DNA of 64,000 nucleotides from an uncultured Alphaproteobacteria bacterium (GCA_963544995.1 CAUUHH010000001.1:31465-95464), one strand, 5' to 3'; positions 8,862 to 18,529 are shown, counted from the stretch's first letter. Notes: generated by a model from the sequence alone, not told the origin. Numbers and translations: made by a program.

Positions 8862-10334
8862 ATGAAATTAACAGATTTGAGTATGGTAGAGGCAAAAAAT
8901 GGCCTTTTGAAAAAGGAATTTTCTGCAGTAGAACTTGCAAATGCGTATATATCAAATATGGAAAAGTATAGGTATCTTAATCCCTATATAACAGAAACAG
9001 CAGATAAAGCATTAGATATGGCAAAAATATCTGATAATAAAATTGCAAATGGTGAGGCGAGAGCATTAGAAGGGATGCCGATTGCGATAAAGGATTTATT
9101 TTGTACAGAAGGTATTAGAACTACAGCGGCATCAAAAATGCTTAATAATTTTGTACCAGAATATAATTCAACGGTTGCAGAAAAATTGTTTGATGCAGGA
9201 ATAGTTTTACTTGGTAAAACATCAATGGATGAATTTGCAATGGGGTCCACAAATCTTACTTCATATTATGGTGAAGTAAAAAACCCATATAAGAGAGATG
9301 GGGAAGATTTGGTTCCAGGTGGATCATCTGGAGGTACGGCATCTGCGGTTGCATCAGGAATGGCAATTTCAGGAACAGGAAGCGATACAGGTGGTAGTAT
9401 TAGGCAACCAAGTAGCTTTTGTGGATTGGTTGGAATGAAACCTACCTATGGCCGTGCATCAAGATATGGAATGATGGCGTTTGCATCATCCCTAGATGTT
9501 CCGGGTAGTATTACCAGAACTGTAGCTGATAGTGCAATGTTTATGCAAGTTATTTCAGGACTAGACGGAAAAGATCCTACAACATCACCAGTTTCAGTTC
9601 CAGATTATAGTAAAGTATTGGGAAAGGATATTTCTGGCCTTACCATAGGAATACCCGCAGAGTATAAGAGTGATAAATTAAATCCAGAGGTTCAAAAATT
9701 ATGGGATCAAAGAGTGGAAGATTTTAAAAAACTTGGAGCAAATGTTAAAGAGATAAGTTTACCGCATACGAAATATTCCCTTCCTGTTTATTATATAATT
9801 GCTCCAGCAGAAGCATCATCAAATCTGTCTCGTTATGATGGAGTAAAATATGGGTATAGAACAGAAACTCCGTTTAAATCATTAGATGAAATGTATGAAA
9901 TAACCAGATCTGAAGGATTTGGAAAAGAGGTTAAAAAAAGGCTTTTGATAGGGTCAACAATACTTACCGAAGAATTTTACGAAAAATCTTACTTAAAGGC
10001 ATTAAAGACAAGAAGATTAATAGTGGAGGAATTTGATAAGGCGTTTGAAGAGATAGATATAATACTTACTCCATCAACCACAGGTGCTGCATTTTCAAAG
10101 AATGATGAGTTATCTCCACTTGATATATACCTTAATGATATTTATACGGTTGGAGCATCACTTGCCGGATTGCCATCTATTTCTGTTCCAGTTGGCAAGG
10201 ATAAAAATGGACTTCCGCTTGGTCTTCAACTTATTGGAAAAAGATTTGATGAGGAGATGGTTTTCAGGTTTGCACATCATTTGGAATTAATTTCAAAATT
10301 TGATAATAAACCATCTGTTGTTATGGGAGAATAA
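8862..10334 (+). CDS. gatA: Glutamyl-tRNA(Gln) amidotransferase subunit A.
   Basis: Amidase signature GGSSGGTASAVASG… and overall 490-aa GatA architecture. Confidence 0.9.
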   Translation: MKLTDLSMVEAKNGLLKKEFSAVELANAYISNMEKYRYLNPYITETADKALDMAKISDNKIANGEARALEGMPIAIKDLFCTEGIRTTAASKMLNNFVPEYNSTVAEKLFDAGIVLLGKTSMDEFAMGSTNLTSYYGEVKNPYKRDGEDLVPGGSSGGTASAVASGMAISGTGSDTGGSIRQPSSFCGLVGMKPTYGRASRYGMMAFASSLDVPGSITRTVADSAMFMQVISGLDGKDPTTSPVSVPDYSKVLGKDISGLTIGIPAEYKSDKLNPEVQKLWDQRVEDFKKLGANVKEISLPHTKYSLPVYYIIAPAEASSNLSRYDGVKYGYRTETPFKSLDEMYEITRSEGFGKEVKKRLLIGSTILTEEFYEKSYLKALKTRRLIVEEFDKAFEEIDIILTPSTTGAAFSKNDELSPLDIYLNDIYTVGASLAGLPSISVPVGKDKNGLPLGLQLIGKRFDEEMVFRFAHHLELISKFDNKPSVVMGE

Positions 10335-10336
10335 TT

Positions 10337-11875
10337 ATGACATATATAATTAAAGGAAAATCAAAAGAATATGAAATGAATATTGGCCTTGAAATTCATT
10401 GTCAGGTAATTAGTAATTCAAAATTATTTTCATCCAGTTCAACAAAATTTGGTTGTGAACCCAATACAAATGTTTCTTTTTTTGATAGTGGATTTCCAGG
10501 ACAATTACCAGTGATAAATAAATTTTGTGTAGAGCAAGCAATAAAAACAGGACTTGGACTGAATGCAAAAATAAATAAAGTGTCTGTATTTGATAGAAAG
10601 CATTATTTTTATGCTGACCTTCCTACGGGGTATCAGATTACTCAACAATTTCATCCAATAGTAAGTGATGGTTTTGTTGAAATTTTGGATATGGATGGCA
10701 ACAGTAAGAAAATTAGAATAGAAAAGATGCATATAGAGCAAGATGCAGGGAAATTAACCCATGACGTACATCCAACTAAATCTATGGTAGATTTTAATAG
10801 AGCTGGAGTTGCCTTGATGGAAATAGTATCTAAACCAGATATTTCCAGTCCGTTTGAGGCAGGTGAATATATAAAAAAGATTAGATCTATTGTTAGGTAT
10901 CTTGGCACCTGTGATGGAAATATGGATGAAGGAAGTATGAGGTGCGATATTAATATATCACTTCGTGAAAAAGGTTCATCACAAATGGGGATAAGGACGG
11001 AAACAAAAAATGTAAACTCTGTTAGGTTTGCAATGCAGGCAATAGAATACGAATCTAACAGACAGATGGAAATACTGGAAAATGGTGGCCAAATTTCGCA
11101 AGAAACCAGATTATTTGATGCGAATACCGGTACCACAAGGACAATGCGTAGCAAAGAAAATGCAATAGATTACAGATATTTCCCCGATCCAGATATTATG
11201 CCATTGGTATTGGAAGATGGTCTGGTGGAAAGAATAAAAGAATCTATGCCGGAACTGCCAGATGTTAAAAAGAAAAGATTTGTAAGTGAGTATAAAATTT
11301 CTGATTATGATGCGGATGTATTAACAGCAGAACGGGAAATTTCAGAATATTTTGAAGAAGTTATTAATACAAGTAAGTCAAAAGATGCAAAAATGATTTC
11401 AAATTGGATGCAATCAGAATTATTTGCTGTATTAAATAAAGAAGCATTGGATATAAGTAATAGTCCTGTAAGTGCAGCCCATTTGGCAGAATTAGTAGAT
11501 TTAATAAAAGATGGTAGTATCAGCGGCAAAATTGCAAAAGATGTATTTAAAATCATGTGGGAGCAAGCTTTGGCTACCCTTCAAAATAATAATAAAGATG
11601 ATGATTGGGATAACAATTTTATAAGCAAAGCAGATATAAAGGTATTGTCACCAAAAGAAATAGTAGAAAAGAATGGATGGAAGCAAGTTAGTGATACATC
11701 CGCAATAGAAGCAGCAGTGGATAATATAATTGCAGGTGCAGCGGATAATGTTAGTGCATATAAATCAGGTAAAGTTCAATTGTTCGGTTGGTTTGTAGGG
11801 CAAGTTTTAAAAGCTATGAAAGGTCAGGCCAATCCACAAATTGTTAATGAAATACTGAAAAAAAAGCTGGGCTAA
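10337..11875 (+). CDS. gatB: Aspartyl/glutamyl-tRNA amidotransferase subunit B.
   Basis: N-terminal EMNIGLEIHCQV… matches the GatB signature, followed by the helical and YqeY-like tail domains. Lies 2 nt after the gatA stop. Confidence 0.9.
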   Translation: MTYIIKGKSKEYEMNIGLEIHCQVISNSKLFSSSSTKFGCEPNTNVSFFDSGFPGQLPVINKFCVEQAIKTGLGLNAKINKVSVFDRKHYFYADLPTGYQITQQFHPIVSDGFVEILDMDGNSKKIRIEKMHIEQDAGKLTHDVHPTKSMVDFNRAGVALMEIVSKPDISSPFEAGEYIKKIRSIVRYLGTCDGNMDEGSMRCDINISLREKGSSQMGIRTETKNVNSVRFAMQAIEYESNRQMEILENGGQISQETRLFDANTGTTRTMRSKENAIDYRYFPDPDIMPLVLEDGLVERIKESMPELPDVKKKRFVSEYKISDYDADVLTAEREISEYFEEVINTSKSKDAKMISNWMQSELFAVLNKEALDISNSPVSAAHLAELVDLIKDGSISGKIAKDVFKIMWEQALATLQNNNKDDDWDNNFISKADIKVLSPKEIVEKNGWKQVSDTSAIEAAVDNIIAGAADNVSAYKSGKVQLFGWFVGQVLKAMKGQANPQIVNEILKKKLG

Positions 11876-11918
11876 AATCTAAAACCAGCTGATGTTTACT
11901 TGATAGGTTAAATTATTT

Positions 11919-13361
11919 ATGAAAAAATTAAAATTTCATTTAAAAGCATTTGGTTGTCAGATGAATGTTTATGATTCAACCAGAATTGTAAGTTTACTGG
12001 CTGATAATGAAATGGAAGAAACATTAAATGAAATTAATACCGACATTATAATTTTAAATACCTGTTATATAAGAGAAAAGGCATCTGCAAAAATATTTTC
12101 AGAACTAGGCCGATTATATAAGCTGCATTTAAGAAAAAATAAAAAACAACCGGTTTTTGCAGTTTTAGGGTGTGTTGCAAAAGCAGAAAGTGAAAATATA
12201 TTTAAAAGGGCTCCTTTTGTTTCGATAGTATTATCATCGCAGAAATATCATTTACTGCCAGAATTGATAAAAAAAGCATTGAAAGAGCTTGAATTAATAG
12301 AAAAACAAAAACAAATCACAATTTGCGAATCGGATGCTTATTTGAAAAAAAATGACAATATTAAGCAGTCAAAAAATACTGATAACAAAGATAAAATAAA
12401 GCTATCTCATTTTATTAATTCTGAGCTTTCTGGGCTTGAAAAATTTGATTGTTTACCAAAAGTTAAAAGTACCTCACCTGTAGCATTTGTTCAGATACAA
12501 GAGGGATGTGATAAATTTTGCACTTATTGTGTTGTTCCAAATACCAGAGGGCGCGAAATTTCAAGGCCAGAGGAAGATATTTTAACTGAAGTTAGTCATC
12601 TGGCATCACTTGGTGCCATAGAAATAAATTTATTGGGTCAGAATGTAGATGCATATAATGGCGTTTCCACAAATGGTAATAAATCAGATTTATCAAAATT
12701 GATAAAAAAGGTTGCAAAGATAGATGGAATAGAAAGAATTAGGTATACAACATCATATCCATCCGAATTTACAGATAGTATGATACAGCTGCATAAAGAG
12801 GAAAGTAAGCTTGCTAAATTAGTTTATTTACCAATACAATCAGGCAGCAATAAGATACTTCACAAAATGAATAGACGTTATACTAGGGAAGAATATTTAG
12901 ATATAATCACAAAATTAAAAAATATAAATCCAGAAATACAGGTTTCATCCGATTTTATAGTTGGGTTTCCAGGTGAAACAGATGAAGATTTTAATGAAAC
13001 ATTGGATATAGTAAAAAAAGTAAAATTTATTCAATGTTATGCATTTAAATACTCACCAAGGCCAGGTACACCAGCCGCAAAAATGGAAAATCAAATTGAT
13101 AATAAAATCAAAGCAGAAAGATTATTAAAATTACAGAATCTGTTACGTCCAATACAGGATGACTTTAATAAATCATGTGTTGGTAAAGTAATGAGAATAT
13201 TATTTACAAGTAAATCAAAAACAAATGATGATTATTTAATAGGAAAAAATGAATATTTGCAGCCAGTGATAGTAAAGGCAGATGCTTTATTATTAAATAA
13301 AATGATGGATGTTAAAATAACATCAGCAAACTATGCTAATTTACATGCTGTTTTGTTGTAA
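11919..13361 (+). CDS. miaB: tRNA-i6A37 methylthiotransferase (MiaB-family radical-SAM MTTase).
   Basis: MTTase N domain (LKAFGCQMNVYDS), radical-SAM CxxxCxxC (QEGCDKFCTYCVVP) and TRAM C-terminus. Confidence 0.8.
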   Translation: MKKLKFHLKAFGCQMNVYDSTRIVSLLADNEMEETLNEINTDIIILNTCYIREKASAKIFSELGRLYKLHLRKNKKQPVFAVLGCVAKAESENIFKRAPFVSIVLSSQKYHLLPELIKKALKELELIEKQKQITICESDAYLKKNDNIKQSKNTDNKDKIKLSHFINSELSGLEKFDCLPKVKSTSPVAFVQIQEGCDKFCTYCVVPNTRGREISRPEEDILTEVSHLASLGAIEINLLGQNVDAYNGVSTNGNKSDLSKLIKKVAKIDGIERIRYTTSYPSEFTDSMIQLHKEESKLAKLVYLPIQSGSNKILHKMNRRYTREEYLDIITKLKNINPEIQVSSDFIVGFPGETDEDFNETLDIVKKVKFIQCYAFKYSPRPGTPAAKMENQIDNKIKAERLLKLQNLLRPIQDDFNKSCVGKVMRILFTSKSKTNDDYLIGKNEYLQPVIVKADALLLNKMMDVKITSANYANLHAVLL

Positions 13362-13409
13362 AACTTGCTATTATGTAAATAACTGAATTTATAGTAAGTT
13401 AATTCAATT

Positions 13410-13787
13410 TTATTTTGTTTTATTTTCAGTAGGTTTTAAAGAAAATAGAACCAAGAGAGGTTCTTCGGCCTCTATTGTAATGGTTAATATTTCATCGTCC
13501 CGTTTGAAATTTAGTGTGTTTGCAGTTTTAAAGGTACTTTTCCAACCAAGAGATTTTAATGTTTCATCATAAAACTTTATAAATTCATCTTTTTTAACGC
13601 TGGAACTTGAAATATACTGCTCTATCACCCTAACATCTTCGGTATCAAATGATAATTGTTCATGTTCTGTAAATCCGTCTTGAAGAGGGATATCTTCGAA
13701 AGAGGAAATAAAATTTGCAGAATATGCATTAAATGTAAACCCCATAAATAACATAAAAAATACAAATAAATGTTTCATAATTTTCAC
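13410..13787 (-). CDS. Small secreted hypothetical protein, last gene of the virB8-9-10 operon.
   Basis: 125 aa with a signal peptide (MKIMKHLFVFFMLFMGFTFNAYSA). Start is 11 nt after the virB10 stop, same strand. Confidence 0.4.
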   Translation of the reverse strand: MKIMKHLFVFFMLFMGFTFNAYSANFISSFEDIPLQDGFTEHEQLSFDTEDVRVIEQYISSSSVKKDEFIKFYDETLKSLGWKSTFKTANTLNFKRDDEILTITIEAEEPLLVLFSLKPTENKTK

Positions 13788-13797
13788 CTTTATTTAA

Positions 13798-16074
13798 TTA
13801 TTCATCCTTTTCTTCGTCATCTTTTTCTTCACCACCACTATCATCTCCACCACCAGAAGAGCTATCTTCTGCTGGATCTTCTTTTGGTGCGATATTAGTA
13901 TTATTGTTAAAATTTTCTCCTATAATATTTGAATTCTTACTATCATTTTTAAATTCATGCTTAACTGGTTTATAGATATTATTATCATCAACATTAATAA
14001 TATCATCTCTTTTTGGTTTACCTTCTCCATCACCTTCACTTCCACTTGATTTTACTATCTCAGCTATTGTATCATTCGCAGTAAGCATAATGTCTTTGTT
14101 TAAAAATACCTGTATTCTGGTTCCGGCAGGTACGGTAAATGGTATGGTTTGTTTAGAGCTATCCTCTATTAATTTTTGCATAACACTTTTGAAATTTTGT
14201 TCTACCTCGGCCTTTATTTTATCACGTGAACTTAGATTTCTAACCTCAGTAGTATTATTCCAAACATATCCATTACTGTCAGCGCCTTTGGTAATAGTAT
14301 TATAAGTATTATCACCTCGTGTTACACGTGTTACGTATTGTGATGATGTTGGAAACAAACTTTCCATTGCAACGGGAAGAGCACTGTAAAGTAATGGTTT
14401 TAAAAATAATTGTTTCATATAACCAGTATCGTTTTTACCAGGAACACCTGCCCGTCCCTGTGCATCGGCAGAATAATTTCCAACTGCACCTAAATTAAAT
14501 TCTGCACCATCGGGCCGTATCAACCTGTTCCAATTTATATTAATTTTTTCGACTGCCGTAATATTATTAACATTTCCTTCTGCGATACCTATCAATTGAG
14601 TGCCAGCTGGAACTATTATAGTTCGACCATTGCCACCAAAGACATTTTTTTCAACTGTTGCTGTTATTTCTTGCTGATTTCCGGTGCTACTAGATAAAAA
14701 TATCGCCCTATTTAAAACGGCAGGAATAGGTTTTGATTGGCGAAGAACGTAACGTTCATCCTTTGGTTTACTAGATAATTGATCAAGGCCTGTAATAGAA
14801 AAAGGAACCTTTTTTGCCATTAGGGCATTTTTAATACCAAGTTTATCAGTTATTTGATATAAATCCTCTTCACCATCTTTACCATATTGGTCTTTTTTAG
14901 GATCTGCCTTTACCAATTCGCGATTTTTCATTATTTGTGAGAAATCAACATTTTCTGGTTGACTTTGTTTAATAATTTCATCTAGTAAAGGTAAGGTTAG
15001 TTCAACCCTTTTCTCCTCTGATTTTTTACTATCTATATTACTACCCTTTCCTATTATTGCGCCGGTCCCTGCCGCTTTTATCATGCCGTCCTCTTCCTGT
15101 TGACCTATAATACGAGAACAATTAGGTGCGAAAACCTTATTATCACCTTGGACCCAACCTATAAATACGCCAGAAAAATCATATGCCTTTGATGCATATT
15201 TTTTACAATCATCTGGTAAAATTTCTTTTTTTGGTTTGGAAGGAATAACCTCCTGAACGTCCGTTATTTTAATTTCTGGTTTTATTTCTGTGTTATCATT
15301 TGTATCGGTATCAGAATTAAAAAAGTCATCGTCCTGTTTTGAAGATTCCTCTTTGTTTTCTGGTTTTATATTTTCGATGGAAGATACGATTATTGGTAAA
15401 TTTACCTCTTTTTCACCCAATAATTTATCATTATTCATTTCATTATACTTTAACCTTAAAAAAAAGCTTTTATCCGTTTTTTCAGTTGGATTCCAAGTAA
15501 TATTTATTACACAACTGCTGCCTGCATCTATATTAGAACGGCTGGTACAATCATTTTTATCAACATTAAGCCCGACAACATTTTCAGTTAGTTTGGCATC
15601 AATTACTTTTATTGGATTATTTAAAACATAAACCATTACTGATTTAAAAGTTTCCTCACCAATTTTTTGGTTTTGTATTTCGACTCTGTCTGGATCAAAT
15701 GAAATTACAGGAGGAATATATGGAATAGAAGTATCATCATTTTTTCTATCATTTTGTCCCATTTGCATCTGAGATGTAGGATTTGAACCTTCAATTTTAT
15801 TTGTAATCTTTTTATCATTATCAGTTTTTATTGGTTCATGAACGCCAGCCTTTCTTTCCTGTTCCAATATTTGATTCATATTTTTCGTGGAACGGATCAG
15901 CATTACTATAACAAATGTTATAATCATAACACTGGCCGTGAAAATTAAAATAGAGTTAGTGCGTTTTATTGAAATGGCAGTAATGCTTTTTTTATCATCA
16001 GGAAGAGTATTTTCCTTTTCCTCAGCAACAGTTTCTGTGTTAGTTTTTTTTAATGATTTTTTAAATAGCCACAT
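13798..16074 (-). CDS. virB10: Type IV secretion system protein VirB10/TrbI family, unusually large (758 aa).
   Basis: N-terminal cytoplasmic segment plus TM (ILIFTASVMIITFVIVMLI). C-terminal barrel domain with diagnostic …RTIIVPAGTQLIGIAEG…WNRLIRPDGAEFNLGAVGNYSADAQGRAGVPGK…. About 280 extra periplasmic residues and an acidic G/D/E-rich ~80-aa C-tail. Confidence 0.8.
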   Translation of the reverse strand: MWLFKKSLKKTNTETVAEEKENTLPDDKKSITAISIKRTNSILIFTASVMIITFVIVMLIRSTKNMNQILEQERKAGVHEPIKTDNDKKITNKIEGSNPTSQMQMGQNDRKNDDTSIPYIPPVISFDPDRVEIQNQKIGEETFKSVMVYVLNNPIKVIDAKLTENVVGLNVDKNDCTSRSNIDAGSSCVINITWNPTEKTDKSFFLRLKYNEMNNDKLLGEKEVNLPIIVSSIENIKPENKEESSKQDDDFFNSDTDTNDNTEIKPEIKITDVQEVIPSKPKKEILPDDCKKYASKAYDFSGVFIGWVQGDNKVFAPNCSRIIGQQEEDGMIKAAGTGAIIGKGSNIDSKKSEEKRVELTLPLLDEIIKQSQPENVDFSQIMKNRELVKADPKKDQYGKDGEEDLYQITDKLGIKNALMAKKVPFSITGLDQLSSKPKDERYVLRQSKPIPAVLNRAIFLSSSTGNQQEITATVEKNVFGGNGRTIIVPAGTQLIGIAEGNVNNITAVEKININWNRLIRPDGAEFNLGAVGNYSADAQGRAGVPGKNDTGYMKQLFLKPLLYSALPVAMESLFPTSSQYVTRVTRGDNTYNTITKGADSNGYVWNNTTEVRNLSSRDKIKAEVEQNFKSVMQKLIEDSSKQTIPFTVPAGTRIQVFLNKDIMLTANDTIAEIVKSSGSEGDGEGKPKRDDIINVDDNNIYKPVKHEFKNDSKNSNIIGENFNNNTNIAPKEDPAEDSSSGGGDDSGGEEKDDEEKDE

Positions 16075-16111
16075 AAATAAATATCCGTTTTAGCACCAAT
16101 TTATTTTTTTA

Positions 16112-17623
16112 TTATTGAGCCCTTACCACACTGCATGGAACATTTTTAGCGGAAAGTTTTTGGCATACCTCATTTGCAATATCGATTTGTTTAAATGGAC
16201 CTATACGAAGTCTGTATAATTCACCACCGTAATATCTTTGCTGACCTATTTCATCAACACCACTTGCCTCTACAGAATAAAATGGTGTGTATTCATCAAG
16301 CCATGCGAGCTTTTCAGTAAGACCAAGCCATTTTGTTTCAAGTTCAACCACTGATTTACCCTTGAATATTTCAACAGATAGATCCTGTCCAGTTTGTTTT
16401 ACAAGTGGCACGTAATGATTTGGAAGAACAGAACCATTAGTATTAGGTTTACTGGATAAATTTTTATAAATTTTCATATTTTGCTCTGGTGACATATAAT
16501 TACCAGTGCCAGCATAATTTAAATTATTAGGATAATTATAGGCATTAGGAGCAGTAGGGCCAGCATGGAAACCAGCAGCATTCATCCCATTTGGAACACC
16601 TTGCATAACATTCATTTGCCCCGTGGTTGACATAATAGGAGTCATATTTATATTAGTAGCATCACCTATATTACCCGCAACACCAATTAAATTTTGTGGC
16701 GGTGGCGGATTGGATAGCAAGTAAGGTTTTGAACGAAGCTTTATACAAACAAGCCTACCGCCATTCCTTAACACCAAGTCACCTATGGCTTCAACCACTA
16801 AAAGTCTGCTTTGTGGGCCCTCGGTCCTGAATCCTACAGGGGATTCTCCACCTTCTACCAAAATGGATACAACAGGCCTTTGATTCATATTTAATGCTTT
16901 TTCACCAAAATCTATATAGGTAAAGATGTTATCACGCCATACACGTTCAGGTGCAATTATATAATCATCAGGATTTGGAACAAAAACATCAAGATCAAAT
17001 CGAAATTCAGTTGGATCGACATTAATACTTTTTATCCATCCAAAATCTTCCCCCTCCCAATCTGTATCACCAATGGATTTAAAGCTTTTACCACCCATCA
17101 TAGATTTGCTTGGTGTAGAACCAGATGAAGAAAGTGAAGATTGACTACCTTTTCTGTATTTGTATGGAACCTCTAAATCTATTACAGATGATGTAATTTT
17201 TTCGGTGTTTAGAGGCTCAGATTTTAGATAAAAAACATATTTATTTCCAGAATTACCAAAAATAAATAAATTAGTATCAGCCATTGCTCTGCCATCAACA
17301 GGAGAAATCATAAAGACATTTTTCTCAATAGGTCTACCATCGAAGAAATCTTTATCCCCGACATAGGCATCCTTTATAGTTTCCCATTCCGGAAAATTTA
17401 TTATGGTAAGCATTCCATCACGAAGTTTTAATGGAATAACAGAACTGGGTTCCCATTGTATTTTTTGATATCCAGGTTTGGTTTGGTTTTCACCCATATT
17501 TTGAAGTGGATTTTCCCAAGCAGCCTGGGTTCCAAAACCATCACCAGTAATTTCACCGTCTACACCAAATGCAGGTAAACCAAAAATAAATAGACATAGA
17601 AATATGTATAAATACCTTTTCAT
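16112..17623 (-). CDS. virB9: Type IV secretion system protein VirB9/TrbG/CagX family with a C-terminal SPOR-like peptidoglycan-binding extension.
   Basis: Signal peptide. VirB9 N-domain (…DTNLFIFGNSGNKYVFYLKS…). VirB9 C-domain (…VVEAIGDLVLRNGGRLVCIKL…, cf. Agrobacterium VirB9 FVLRNGDSAVCV). Then a ~130-aa N/G/P-rich linker and a terminal ~70 aa (FYSVEASGV…YRLRIGPFKQIDIANEVCQKLSAKNVPCSVV) resembling a SPOR domain. Confidence 0.8.
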   Translation of the reverse strand: MKRYLYIFLCLFIFGLPAFGVDGEITGDGFGTQAAWENPLQNMGENQTKPGYQKIQWEPSSVIPLKLRDGMLTIINFPEWETIKDAYVGDKDFFDGRPIEKNVFMISPVDGRAMADTNLFIFGNSGNKYVFYLKSEPLNTEKITSSVIDLEVPYKYRKGSQSSLSSSGSTPSKSMMGGKSFKSIGDTDWEGEDFGWIKSINVDPTEFRFDLDVFVPNPDDYIIAPERVWRDNIFTYIDFGEKALNMNQRPVVSILVEGGESPVGFRTEGPQSRLLVVEAIGDLVLRNGGRLVCIKLRSKPYLLSNPPPPQNLIGVAGNIGDATNINMTPIMSTTGQMNVMQGVPNGMNAAGFHAGPTAPNAYNYPNNLNYAGTGNYMSPEQNMKIYKNLSSKPNTNGSVLPNHYVPLVKQTGQDLSVEIFKGKSVVELETKWLGLTEKLAWLDEYTPFYSVEASGVDEIGQQRYYGGELYRLRIGPFKQIDIANEVCQKLSAKNVPCSVVRAQ

Positions 17624-17691
17624 GTTTGATGCCTTACTCCTTTATAAAATAAATCTATACGCAACCTGTTAATAATACAAGTTTTTTGTTT

Positions 17692-18342
17692 TTAAAAATA
17701 TTCGTAACTGTTAACTTTAAATCCAAGTGGATTTATCCATTTATTAACAGGATTTTTTTTAAGGATATTATCCTTTATAAAGTTAGCTGTAATTTTTATA
17801 TTTTTTTCAGAAAAAACTGGGTTTAAGCCATCGTTTGTTGTGGTTTTTACCTCTATATTTGCAGTCCATATTTTAGATACTGGTTGAAAATTTAAAGTTT
17901 TTATATTTATTGTTTTTACCAATTTATCCCTATTAATTAAAGATTGTTTATATTCATTACTTTCAATAAAGTCGGTATATAATTTTCGTTTTGAAAAATT
18001 ATATAAGTTTCCATTTACTCCCCATAGTTTTTGCATAGTAGATGAAGAACTGTATAATGTTTCGCGGTCTGTTATATAATTAGTTATATAATATTTTGCA
18101 ATTTCGTAGCCTATACTGTCTTGCTGTATATCATAATGGTCAGCTAAATCGCTTATACGCTTTACGACTATACTATTTACTTTTTTATCAATTTCAGATA
18201 CAAAAAATGCCTCTAATTTTGGGGTGGGAGAAATATTTCCAAATGATAAAAATAAAACCATATTTGAAACAAAACTGATTACAAATAAAGTAATAAGGAT
18301 ACGAAAGATCCATAAATATCTTTGTTCATCAAGTTGTCTCAT
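17692..18342 (-). CDS. virB8: Type IV secretion system protein VirB8/TrbF family.
   Basis: Bitopic, with TM WIFRILITLFVISFVSNMVLFL. Periplasmic domain has KYYITNYITDRETLY (cf. VirB8 KYWLSQYVIARETYD) and C-terminal NPLGFKVNSYEY (VirB8 NPLGF motif). Start taken at MRQLDEQ… (SD AGGAAGGA upstream). The longer ORF-track start at 18420 is possible. Confidence 0.75.
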   Translation of the reverse strand: MRQLDEQRYLWIFRILITLFVISFVSNMVLFLSFGNISPTPKLEAFFVSEIDKKVNSIVVKRISDLADHYDIQQDSIGYEIAKYYITNYITDRETLYSSSSTMQKLWGVNGNLYNFSKRKLYTDFIESNEYKQSLINRDKLVKTINIKTLNFQPVSKIWTANIEVKTTTNDGLNPVFSEKNIKITANFIKDNILKKNPVNKWINPLGFKVNSYEYF

Positions 18343-18489
18343 ACCCCAGTTCCTTCCTATTAGATTTTGGATTTTAGAAAATTGTATTTTAAATTGCAAG
18401 TAATAAACAAAATACATCATACTATGATAGAAAAAATTATAAAAAATTTGTTTAATATTTACTTTTGATATTGAAGATTATTTTTTGCT

Positions 18490-18507
18490 GTGATAAAATC
18501 ATATCAC
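18490..18507. promoter_or_regulatory. Perfect 18-bp palindrome (GTGATA-N6-TATCAC) in the divergent virB8 / DUF192-gene intergenic region; candidate operator.
   Basis: GTGATAaaatcaTATCAC lies immediately upstream of the AAGGAGG SD of gene 18530..19366 and ~150 nt upstream of virB8. Confidence 0.25.
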
Positions 18508-18529
18508 TTTATATAAGGAGGAAATTATT

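Noticed and set aside
12240-12480. Apparent ~30-aa insertion in MiaB between the MTTase-N and radical-SAM domains.
   Set aside because: Total length (480 aa) is normal for MiaB. The linker is variable across the family, so not considered significant.
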